From positions 36 to 64,035 of the forward strand of contig CAZCRB010000002.1 in assembly GCA_964500985.1 (NCBI GenBank): a stretch of DNA of 64,000 nt. The letters are read 5' to 3'. The notes under the pieces were generated by a model. It was not told the DNA's origin and did not search any database. It saw only the letters and a list, made by a program, of their open reading frames with translations. Below are positions 56,193 to 64,000 of this stretch, piece by piece (position 1 is the first letter of the stretch; the number at the start of each line of letters is the position of its first letter). Origin of the DNA: an uncultured Eubacteriales bacterium. Lineage in GTDB: Bacteria > Actinomycetota > Coriobacteriia > Anaerosomatales > PHET01. The position numbers were made by a program, and so were the translations under genes.

Positions 56193-57488
56193 TCACTGAC
56201 CGCGTATGCGGTTGATCACCTGCATCAGCGGATTCTCCTCGGCGGCCGACTGCTTCTGGTGGATCAGAGCGGCCGCGTCCGCACCGAACTGCTCGTCCGA
56301 ACCGCTGTGGCAACCTTCCTGACCACAGGTGGTTCCGACGTTCTTCGCGTTGACCGAGGACTCGGGGTCGGCCGAGGGCAGGACCTCGTGGGCCTCGTGG
56401 CACTGCCAGCAGGCAGGAGCATCCGGCGCGCCGGCCTTGTAGGCCTTGCCGTGATAGTAGTCGTCGTAGGTGTCGTAGTCATCACCGTGCTGCTTGCAGC
56501 GTGCGCAGGTGCGATAGGCGGCCGAGTGCATCCGGGCCTTGGCGGCCTCGGTGTTCGACTTGTTGATGAAGTGGCCACCGTGGCACGAGGCACAGGTCGC
56601 GGCATCGAAGTTGCCCTCGTTGACCTGCTTGCCGTGGATCGACTTCTCCCACTCGGGCACCGGGGCAGACAGCGAGGTCTCCTCGGACGCGCGGTGGCAG
56701 TCAGCGCAGGCGTAGCCGGCGTTGACGTTCCACAGCGGGGTGCGCGAGGGCTTGTCGTCATAGCGGTAGTCCACGTGGCACTGCTGGCAGCTCAGGTCGC
56801 GGTGCGCCGAGAGCTCGAGACCCGAGACCTGGAACGACTTGCTGCCGCTCATGGACTGCTTGAGGAGCTGCGACTGCTCGTGGCAGCTCATGCAGCCGTC
56901 GCCCGCGTCGTAGTCCCAGCTCTTGGGCGCCCACTCCACGAGCTCGCGATCGTGGCAGTCGGTGCAGGTCTCAGGGGTGTGGCACATCGCGCACCGGGTG
57001 TTGAACGCCTCCTCGGCGGGCTTCACGTGCGGCTCGCCCTTCCACCCGAACGTGTGGAACGCGGGGCGCAGGCGCTCGCGCGGGGTGACGTGGCAGTCCT
57101 CGCACTTGCCCGTGGCGAGGATGCCCATGGAGCCGTGCCGCAGCCCGTGGCAGTCGAAGCAGCCCTTCATCGTGGGGCGCTCGGTACCCTCGGGACGGTG
57201 CGGGAAACGCGAGTGGCACGAGGAGCACTGCAGCACGATGTGGTTACCGTGGCTGAAGATCACCTCGGACGAGTAGTTCTTGGTCTTGGCGATGTTGCCG
57301 TGGCACGCGCGACACGTCTGCTCGACGACCGGGGCACCGAGGTCGATGACCACGCTGTTCCCACTGTCGAGCGGCGTCGATACGTCAGCCGCGAACGCGG
57401 CACCCGCCCCCAGAACGGCGAAGAACGCCGATGCGGCGAGCGCGAGGGCGAGCAGCCTGCCGGGGCGTGCTCGGAACCGAAGCGCCAT
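56193..57488 (-). CDS. Multiheme cytochrome c (11 CxxCH + 2 atypical)
   Basis: Signal peptide from ATG 57488; atypical CARCKQH and CGQEGCH motifs. Confidence 0.9.
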   Translation of the reverse strand: MALRFRARPGRLLALALAASAFFAVLGAGAAFAADVSTPLDSGNSVVIDLGAPVVEQTCRACHGNIAKTKNYSSEVIFSHGNHIVLQCSSCHSRFPHRPEGTERPTMKGCFDCHGLRHGSMGILATGKCEDCHVTPRERLRPAFHTFGWKGEPHVKPAEEAFNTRCAMCHTPETCTDCHDRELVEWAPKSWDYDAGDGCMSCHEQSQLLKQSMSGSKSFQVSGLELSAHRDLSCQQCHVDYRYDDKPSRTPLWNVNAGYACADCHRASEETSLSAPVPEWEKSIHGKQVNEGNFDAATCASCHGGHFINKSNTEAAKARMHSAAYRTCARCKQHGDDYDTYDDYYHGKAYKAGAPDAPACWQCHEAHEVLPSADPESSVNAKNVGTTCGQEGCHSGSDEQFGADAAALIHQKQSAAEENPLMQVINRIRGQ

Positions 57489-57538
57489 GTTGTCCCTTAC
57501 CTTTCGCGTTGGGGTCCCCGCGAAGCGCGGACCCATCC

Positions 57539-58465
57539 TTACCCCTGTCCGGTGATCCACGAGCCGATCTGCTGGACCGCTCCGCCGATGGCGTTTCTGG
57601 CGGCATCGATGGCCGACCAGAACGGAATCGATGCGTAGACGTCCTCTTTGCTGTGAACAAGCTGGCCGTACTCGACAAACGCCTCATCGGTGTTGATGTG
57701 GCACTTGTCCTCCATGCTGCACGTCTCGGGCAGCCTCACGGGGTTGACCATCGAGTTGCGGTTCTTGGCCGGCAGGATTTCGTGGGTGCCGTGGCAGTCC
57801 CAGCATGCCGGCGAATCGTAGGCGCCGCGCTGGTAGGCGGCGCCGTGGTAGTAGTCCATGTAGGTGGTCGCGAACTCCTCGTGGCACTGCCCGCAGACGT
57901 CGAGCGCCGAGGAGTGATAGACGGCCTGGGCCGCCGTATCCTCTTTGCTCGGGATCCCGTGGCCGCCGTGGCAGTCGCCGCACAGCGGCACGCGGGCGGG
58001 CTTGCCGGCCGCGACGCGCGCCGCGGCCGTGGCACTGGCGTCCTCGCCCGGCTTACCGGCCGGCGAGTGGGCACTCGAGGCGTAGGCCGAGAAGGCTTCG
58101 GCGTGGCAGTTCTTGCACGCCAGTTTGGCGACCGCACGCCAGTCCTCGCCGTTGACGACGTTGTCGTGCGGCGTCTTGTAGGCGAAGTCGATGTGGCAAC
58201 CGGTGCACGCGACGTCTTTGTGAGCCGACTCGTTGAGGATCTCGGTGTTCACATAGATCGACGTGGTCGAGTCAACGGTCGTCTTCACGAGGTTGGGATC
58301 GGAGTGGCAGACCGTGCAGCCCGACTTGCCCTCCGTGGGGAGCGTGAAGTCGAGGTTGTAGGTCTGGGTCGCGGGTACGGCCGGCTTGGCCGCCGCCCCC
58401 GCGACAGCGGGAACCGCAAGCAGGACCGCGAGGGCCGCGACTGCTATGAGGGTCCGAAAGCGCAC
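57539..58465 (-). CDS. Multiheme cytochrome c (6 CxxCH + 1 atypical), CbcL-heme-domain-like
   Basis: Signal peptide from GTG 58465; SAH..CTGCH, CGDCHGGH, YHG..ACWDCHGTH motifs. Confidence 0.88.
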   Translation of the reverse strand: MRFRTLIAVAALAVLLAVPAVAGAAAKPAVPATQTYNLDFTLPTEGKSGCTVCHSDPNLVKTTVDSTTSIYVNTEILNESAHKDVACTGCHIDFAYKTPHDNVVNGEDWRAVAKLACKNCHAEAFSAYASSAHSPAGKPGEDASATAAARVAAGKPARVPLCGDCHGGHGIPSKEDTAAQAVYHSSALDVCGQCHEEFATTYMDYYHGAAYQRGAYDSPACWDCHGTHEILPAKNRNSMVNPVRLPETCSMEDKCHINTDEAFVEYGQLVHSKEDVYASIPFWSAIDAARNAIGGAVQQIGSWITGQG

Positions 58466-58490
58466 GTGCGGGTCTCCGATGCCGGGTGTG

Positions 58491-59345
58491 CTAGACGTGC
58501 TCGGCCGTGGCGTAGGCCGGGACCGTCTCGGGTGCGTGAACGTCGTCCTCGCCGTGGCCGTCATGATCGCCGTGGCCGTCGTCCTCGTGGCCCGCATTGC
58601 GGTCGAGGGCACCCAGGCCGAAGAAGTCGAGGAAGGCCGGGAAGTCCTCGGTGACCGACAGGTACACGTGGATGGTGGTCAGGATGATGAACAGCCAGTT
58701 GATCACATAGTGGGCGGTACGCACCCACCACACGTTGGTCGCGCCGATGAGCGTGGCGACCAGCTGCTGGAAGCTCATGTCGATCAGCGGGAACTGGAAG
58801 CGCCACAGCATCAGGCCGGTGATGGCCTGCAGGATCAGCAGCGGCACGAACAGGATGTAGGTGCCCTTCTGCATCACGTTGTACTTGCCGAGGTGCGGCT
58901 TGGAAGGCTTCACGAAGATGTAGTAGAGGATGACCTTGGGCGCGGTCGTGATGTCACGCTTGGTGACCGCGAACTCCTTGTAGTCACGCTGGCGCGACGC
59001 GAAGGCGTACCAGAGGCGCACGACGAGGTTGATGATGACGATGATCATCGCGATGTAGTGCACCCAGCGCATCCCGGTCCGCCCGTAGTTGAAGAACGGG
59101 AAGCGGATGTACATGCCGGAGATCGCCAGAGCGATCATCGCCGCCACGTGCTGGAAGTGCAGGACCTTGGGCAGCGCGGGCGGATGGCTGTCATGGTGCG
59201 GCCATGCCCACTCCTTGCCGAACCTGCGCTTGGCGCGACCCGTCAGGATGTTACCGACGAAGTGCGCGGATAGGCCGAGCAGCACCACCGTGTACAGCGA
59301 TGTGAACACGACGTCGAGCCAGACATTCAGTTGCGTCAGTCCCAC
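58491..59345 (-). CDS. Cytochrome b subunit (HyaC/FdnI-like di-heme b, quinone-interacting)
   Basis: TM histidines (HFQH, WVHY, TAHY, TIHVY) and GKYNVMQK motif; His-rich C-terminal tail. Confidence 0.88.
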   Translation of the reverse strand: MGLTQLNVWLDVVFTSLYTVVLLGLSAHFVGNILTGRAKRRFGKEWAWPHHDSHPPALPKVLHFQHVAAMIALAISGMYIRFPFFNYGRTGMRWVHYIAMIIVIINLVVRLWYAFASRQRDYKEFAVTKRDITTAPKVILYYIFVKPSKPHLGKYNVMQKGTYILFVPLLILQAITGLMLWRFQFPLIDMSFQQLVATLIGATNVWWVRTAHYVINWLFIILTTIHVYLSVTEDFPAFLDFFGLGALDRNAGHEDDGHGDHDGHGEDDVHAPETVPAYATAEHV

Positions 59346-59466
59346 GAACTGACACCCCCTACTCCCTATGAGTCACCCGGACGCCGGGCGGTCCACTTCC
59401 CAGTCCGCTGCCCGAGAGGGCCACCGGCCCGCGTTGTCCGGACGCGTGCGGCACGATCTGGAAAGC

Positions 59467-59515
59467 TTGTAACAGCAGTTACGAGCAGAATAGGCACGGC
59501 GAGCGCGAGTGTCAA
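59467..59515 (-). promoter_or_regulatory. Cytochrome b/multiheme operon promoter with palindromic operator
   Basis: TTGACA (59515-59510) N17 TATTCT (59492-59487); operator TTGTAACAGCAGTTACGA at 59467-59484. Confidence 0.8.
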
Positions 59516-59538
59516 CGAAGCGAGCGCCTCTCGGACAC

Positions 59539-59784
59539 TCACCGATCGGTGATCTCGGCACGCACGGCCACCGCGATCTGGGCGTTGGAAAGGTAGCGCT
59601 CGGCCCTCTCGGCGTCCGCTACCTCGACGCGCAACGCGATACCGCAGGTGGCAGAGACCGAGGCCGGGGCGGGGATGGGCACGACGTCGATTCCCATGTC
59701 GTCGAGAAGCGCCTCGGCATCGAGCGCGTCATGGGTGGACGCGAAGCCGTAGACGATGAAGGGCCGCTCGCCGGCGGCGCTCAC
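59539..59784 (-). CDS. DUF3343 family protein (putative Se/S carrier-like)
   Basis: FASTHDALDAE..VVPIPAP..SATCGIALR pattern. Confidence 0.8.
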   Translation of the reverse strand: MSAAGERPFIVYGFASTHDALDAEALLDDMGIDVVPIPAPASVSATCGIALRVEVADAERAERYLSNAQIAVAVRAEITDR

Positions 59785-60962
59785 GAGAGCTCACCGACCA
59801 GCTCGCGCAACGCGGACAGTGCCGCAGCGACGTCGTAGCGCGTGTTGCCGTAACCCAGCCCGAACCGCAGGGCCCCGCCACCGAGCGTGCCGAGCGTCTC
59901 GTGCGCCCAGGGAGCACAGTGCAGTCCGGCGCGCACCGCGATGCCGAACCGGCGGTCGAGCGCGAAGGCGAGACGGTCGGCATCGATCGCGGGGTGGACG
60001 GCCGAGACGACCGGCACACGGGGCTCGCCAGGCTCGGGACCGAGAACGCGGAACCCCAGCTCGAGCAGCCCGACGAGCAGGTCCTGTGTGAGGCGGGCCT
60101 CGGCCGTGCGCTGTTCGGCGGCGTGCTCGGCCAGCCAGCGCACGGACGCGCCGAGACCGAGGATGCCGGGGGTGTTGGGCGTTCCCGCCTCGTAGCGGTC
60201 GGGACGCGCCGTGGGCTGGAGCGGCTCCTCGCTTCCGCCGGAACCGGTGCCGCCGGTGACGAGCGGGTCGGCGTCGACGTGACCCGCGAGGTAGAGCACG
60301 CCGATGCCCTGCGGACCGAGCAGGCCCTTGTGGCCCGAGCAGGCCCAGGCATCGACACCCAGGGCGGCCAGGTCGACCGGCAGGTGCCCGCCGGCCTGGG
60401 CGCCGTCGACCACGAGCAGCGCATCGTGCGCGTGCGCGACGTCGGCGAGATCAGCGATGGGCTGGATCGCCCCGGTCACGTTGCCGGCGTGCTGGGCGAT
60501 GACGGCGCGGGTGGGGGCGGCGCGGACCGCGGACTCGAGCTCGTCGGCATCGACGACGCCGGCCTCATCGGTCTGGACGACGACGACCTCGACACCGCGC
60601 GCGACCAGCGTGTTGAGCGGGCGTGCGACGGCGTTGTGCTCGACCGACGTCGTCACCACGCGGTCACCGGGTCGGACCAGCCCGAGGATCGCGAGGTTGG
60701 TGGCGTAGGTGCAGCCGGGCTGGAACAGCAGGTCGTGGGTATCGGGCACCCCGAGGAAGGCGGCGATGTCGCGGCGGGCCGCATGGATGGCGCGCGTCGT
60801 CTGCAGCGCGAGGCGGTAGGCACCGCGCCCGGGGTTGCCGCCGTAGGTCACCACGGAGCCGGCGAGCGCCTCTGCGACGCCCGGCGGCTTGGGCCACGAG
60901 GTGGCGCCGTGATCGAGGTAGATGACCTCGCGCGTGTCCGGGCCGGCGGCGTCCGACGACAT
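59781..60962 (-). CDS. Class V PLP aminotransferase; cysteine desulfurase/selenocysteine lyase-like
   Basis: YLDHGATSWPKP, VEHNAV, VDGAQ, SGHKGLLGPQG, EAGTPN and RAGLHCAP motifs. Confidence 0.9.
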   Translation of the reverse strand: MSSDAAGPDTREVIYLDHGATSWPKPPGVAEALAGSVVTYGGNPGRGAYRLALQTTRAIHAARRDIAAFLGVPDTHDLLFQPGCTYATNLAILGLVRPGDRVVTTSVEHNAVARPLNTLVARGVEVVVVQTDEAGVVDADELESAVRAAPTRAVIAQHAGNVTGAIQPIADLADVAHAHDALLVVDGAQAGGHLPVDLAALGVDAWACSGHKGLLGPQGIGVLYLAGHVDADPLVTGGTGSGGSEEPLQPTARPDRYEAGTPNTPGILGLGASVRWLAEHAAEQRTAEARLTQDLLVGLLELGFRVLGPEPGEPRVPVVSAVHPAIDADRLAFALDRRFGIAVRAGLHCAPWAHETLGTLGGGALRFGLGYGNTRYDVAAALSALRELVGELS

Positions 60963-61448
60963 CTAGGCGTGCCCGCCGCCCGCCATCATCTCGACGGCGT
61001 GCTCAAGCTGATCGGCGACGAAGGCGAACGACTCGCGCGCGGCCTTCTCGGAACCGGGGAAGTTGATGATGAGGGTGCGCCCGCGCAGGGCGGACACGGC
61101 GCGCGAGAGCATCGCGCGGCCGGTGATCTCGAGCGAACGCTGGCGCAGGTAGTCCGCGATCCCGGGAACCATGCGTTCCGCGACGTCCGCGGTCGCCTCG
61201 GGCGTGTTGTCGCGGGGACCGAGGCCGGTGCCCCCGCACGTGAAGACGACGTCGGCCTCCTCCACGTCGGCCATGTCCATCAGCGACGCGGTGATGCATT
61301 CGCGGTCGTCCGGGCAGACGTGGTAGGCGACCACGAGCCACCCGCGCTCCTCGGCCAACTCGATCAGGGCACGGCCGGCGGTGTCGTCGGCCTCGCCGCG
61401 CGAGCGGGTGTCCGAGCATGTCAGCACGCCGATTCTCAGTTCAGCCAC
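60963..61448 (-). CDS. mog: Molybdopterin adenylyltransferase (MogA/MoaB family)
   Basis: LTCSD, TCGGTGLGPRDNTPEA, MLSRA and INFPGS motifs. Confidence 0.9.
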   Translation of the reverse strand: MAELRIGVLTCSDTRSRGEADDTAGRALIELAEERGWLVVAYHVCPDDRECITASLMDMADVEEADVVFTCGGTGLGPRDNTPEATADVAERMVPGIADYLRQRSLEITGRAMLSRAVSALRGRTLIINFPGSEKAARESFAFVADQLEHAVEMMAGGGHA

Positions 61449-61495
61449 GCCGCTCTCCCCTGGCCGGACCGGCGGCATCGGCCGCCGGCGCGTGT

Positions 61496-62050
61496 CTACT
61501 CAGATGCTATCTTGCGACATTCGTTGGCCGCGCGCACCTCTGCGGATGCCGCGAGCGAGTCTTCCGGCGAGCGATCGCACGTCCCGTCACCGATCTCGGT
61601 GACCTCGACCACGTCGCCAACGACGACGTCACCGGGCACCCGAACGACCGCGAAGATGCCCTCGCGCGGCATGACGCAGTCGCCGGCCTGGTAGTAGATC
61701 GCGCACTTGGTGTGGCAGACCTTCCCGACCTGCGAGAGCTCGAGCACGGCGGTCTCGCCGACGCGGATGATGGTGCCCACAGGCAGCGTCATCAGATCCA
61801 CGCCCTGCGTGGTGATGTTCTCGGCGAAGTCGCCGGGGCCGACGTCGAGCCCCTTGGCCCGCATCGAGTCGATGGACTCGCCGGCCAGCAGCGAGACCTG
61901 GCGATGCCAGTCGCCGGCGTGCGCGTCACCCTCGAAGCCGCGGTCGAGCACGAGCGTGCCGCGCTCGAACCGCTGCTTGCGGACGGTCTTTTTCTCCGAC
62001 AGGTTCACCGAGACGACGCGTCCGGTGCGCCCGAGCGTGGTTTCACTCAT
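61496..62050 (-). CDS. MOSC domain protein
   Basis: [37 protein letters not shown]. Confidence 0.88.
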   Translation of the reverse strand: MSETTLGRTGRVVSVNLSEKKTVRKQRFERGTLVLDRGFEGDAHAGDWHRQVSLLAGESIDSMRAKGLDVGPGDFAENITTQGVDLMTLPVGTIIRVGETAVLELSQVGKVCHTKCAIYYQAGDCVMPREGIFAVVRVPGDVVVGDVVEVTEIGDGTCDRSPEDSLAASAEVRAANECRKIASE

Positions 62051-62547
62051 CGCGACTCCTCCTTGCGGGTCCAGGTGCCGGACTTGCCGCCCTCTTTGAG
62101 CACGAGTCGCACCTCGCCGATCTCCATGCCGCGGTCGACGGCCTTGCACATGTCGTAGAGCGTGAGCGCGGCGACAGCGGCCGCCGTGAGCGCCTCCATC
62201 TCGACGCCGGTCTTGCCGTCGGTCTCGGCGGTCGCGGTGACGTGGACGCCGTGCCGGGACTGGTGCTCGGGCTCGAGCTCGACGCTGACTCGCGTCAGCG
62301 ACAGCGGGTGGCACAACGGTATCAGCTCGCTCGTGCGCTTCGCAGCCATGATGCCGGCTATGCGTGCGGTCGCGAGCACGTCGCCTTTGGGTGCGCGGCC
62401 CTCGACGATCATGTTGAGCGTGGCGTGCTCCATGGCGATGAACGCCTCGGCCACCGCGCGGCGGTGCGTGACCGCCTTGTCGGCGACGTCGACCATGTGG
62501 GCGTTGCCGCTCGCGTCGAGATGCGTGAGTCGGGCTTCGTCGGCCAT
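62047..62547 (-). CDS. moaC: Cyclic pyranopterin monophosphate synthase MoaC
   Basis: [32 protein letters not shown] and KEGGKSG motifs. Confidence 0.95.
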   Translation of the reverse strand: MADEARLTHLDASGNAHMVDVADKAVTHRRAVAEAFIAMEHATLNMIVEGRAPKGDVLATARIAGIMAAKRTSELIPLCHPLSLTRVSVELEPEHQSRHGVHVTATAETDGKTGVEMEALTAAAVAALTLYDMCKAVDRGMEIGEVRLVLKEGGKSGTWTRKEESR

Positions 62548-62549
62548 GC

Positions 62550-63584
62550 TCACCCTCCTATCTGGCTCATGCGCCGCTCGGTACCGACGCGCATGTTGTG
62601 GCTCTCGGGCTTGTCGTTCAAGGCGCGCTTCACTGCGGCGCGGACGTCCTCGTCGGTGCCCGTGCGCAAGACCGTGCGAACGTCGAGCTCGTGGTCGGAG
62701 AACAGGCACGGGCGCAGCCGGCCGTCGGCGGTCAGCCGCAGGCGGTTGCACTCTGCACAGAAGTGGTGGGACAGCGGCGAGATGACTCCCACCGTGCCGC
62801 GCGCGCCCTCGAAGCGGTAGTAGCGGGCGGGGCCCCAGCCGCCGGGGGCCGCCTCGCGCGCGACCGGCAGAAGCTCGCCGAGCCCTGCAGCGGCAGCTTC
62901 GGAGGCGATACGCTCGAGCACCTCGTCACTGGGCACGGAGTCCTCGCGGGTCCAGCCGGCCTCATCGGAGGTGCCATCGGTGTGACAGCCGGTCCCCTCC
63001 TCGGCATCGCCGAGCGGCATGTACTCGATGAAGCGGACGTGCAGCGGCCGCTCGAGCGTCAGGCGTGCGAATCCGAGCAGGTCCTGGTGCAGCGAACGGA
63101 CGACGACGACGTTGAGCTTGACCGGGTCGAAACCGGCATCGAACGCGGCGTCGAGCCCGGCCAGCGCGCCGGCAAGCGAGCCGCCGCGCGTGATCTGCTC
63201 GTAGACCGCCGGGTCGAGCGAGTCGAGCGACACGTTGACCCGCGACAGGCCGGCCTCGCGCAACTCGGCGGCGTAGCGCGGCAGCAGCGTGGCGTTGGTG
63301 GTCAGCGCGACCGAGTCGAGCCCGGGCAGCGCGAGGAGCTCGCGCACCAGGTCCGGGACACCGCGGCGCACGAGCGGCTCTCCGCCGGTCAGGCGCACCT
63401 TGCTGATGCCCTCCTCGGCCGCGATGCGCGCGAGCCTGACGATCTCCTCGAAGGTCAGGATCTCCTCGTGGGGCTTGAAGGCGACACCGTCGGCAGGCAT
63501 GCAGTAGCGGCAGCGCAGGTTGCAGCGGTCGGTGATGCTGATCCGCAGGTAGTCGATGCGGCGGCCGTGCGCGTCAGTCGCCAT
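62550..63584 (-). CDS. moaA: GTP 3',8-cyclase MoaA (radical SAM)
   Basis: [32 protein letters not shown] motifs; C-terminal MSQIGG. Confidence 0.96.
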   Translation of the reverse strand: MATDAHGRRIDYLRISITDRCNLRCRYCMPADGVAFKPHEEILTFEEIVRLARIAAEEGISKVRLTGGEPLVRRGVPDLVRELLALPGLDSVALTTNATLLPRYAAELREAGLSRVNVSLDSLDPAVYEQITRGGSLAGALAGLDAAFDAGFDPVKLNVVVVRSLHQDLLGFARLTLERPLHVRFIEYMPLGDAEEGTGCHTDGTSDEAGWTREDSVPSDEVLERIASEAAAAGLGELLPVAREAAPGGWGPARYYRFEGARGTVGVISPLSHHFCAECNRLRLTADGRLRPCLFSDHELDVRTVLRTGTDEDVRAAVKRALNDKPESHNMRVGTERRMSQIGG

Positions 63585-64000
63585 CTGCAGCACCCGCCAG
63601 GAACTTGTCGACGATGAGGTCCGCCACTCCGGCGGCATCATCGAGCGCGAAACGTGGCACGCCGTCGCACGCGACGGCGCTGTTGTCCGTCACGAGCGCC
63701 AACATCTCGGACGGATCGCAGACGATCTCGTCGGAGCGGGCGAGGCGCGAGACCTCGATGCGGTTGACGCCCTCGCGCTTGAACCCCTCGGTGAGCAGGA
63801 TGTCGCACCCGGAGTCCGCCGCGACGCGCGCGAGCATCGGCAGCGTCATCTCGGAGGCGACCTGGCTGATCAGCGCGAACTTGTCCGGGCTCGAGACCAT
63901 CGTGGTGACCGCGCCCGCGCGGGCGTGGCGCCACGAGTCCTTGCCGGGCGTGTCGATGTCGTAGTCGTGGACGTGGTGCTTGACGGTGGCGACGCGCCAT
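63574..64000 (-). CDS. mobB: Molybdopterin-guanine dinucleotide biosynthesis protein MobB (5' end outside the window)
   Basis: VATVKHHVHDYDIDTPGKDSWRHARAGA and LLTEGFKRE motifs. Confidence 0.9.
   Translation of the reverse strand, partial: WRVATVKHHVHDYDIDTPGKDSWRHARAGAVTTMVSSPDKFALISQVASEMTLPMLARVAADSGCDILLTEGFKREGVNRIEVSRLARSDEIVCDPSEMLALVTDNSAVACDGVPRFALDDAAGVADLIVDKFLAGAADGD

Overview
High-GC bacterial window. The tRNA, PBP1A, NlpC/P60 and CwlM-like genes and the absence of outer-membrane genes suggest an anaerobic actinobacterium, possibly Coriobacteriia (inference). Almost all genes lie on the minus strand. The left third is mostly housekeeping, plus a tRNA-Pro, a ~24-heme NapC/NirT-type cytochrome, a small operon with an unannotated UGA-containing (selenocysteine) protein behind a CsoR-like operator, pilT, and a complete cheR-mcp-cheW-cheY-cheB-cheA-cheC-cheD cluster that ends in a diguanylate cyclase. 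The right ~37 kb (27.7-64 kb) is a respiratory / extracellular electron-transfer island with two parallel modules. Each module runs: operator, TPR gene, NHL-propeller gene, operator, Tat-exported dehydrogenase, OmcS-like hexaheme cytochrome. One module carries a selenocysteine formate dehydrogenase behind a P3-less Moco/Tuco riboswitch; the other carries an oversized group-1 [NiFe] hydrogenase. The island also holds a cytochrome b plus three multiheme cytochromes, an FG-GAP/multiheme fusion, and Moco/Se cofactor genes. Five promoters in the island share an 18-bp palindrome, TTGTAAC-N4-GTTACRA, overlapping or just downstream of sigma70-type -35/-10 boxes. I count 84 canonical CxxCH motifs plus 6 atypical ones in 7 proteins. 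No CRISPR array, integrase or transposase was seen. All family assignments come from motif recognition by eye; no database search was run.
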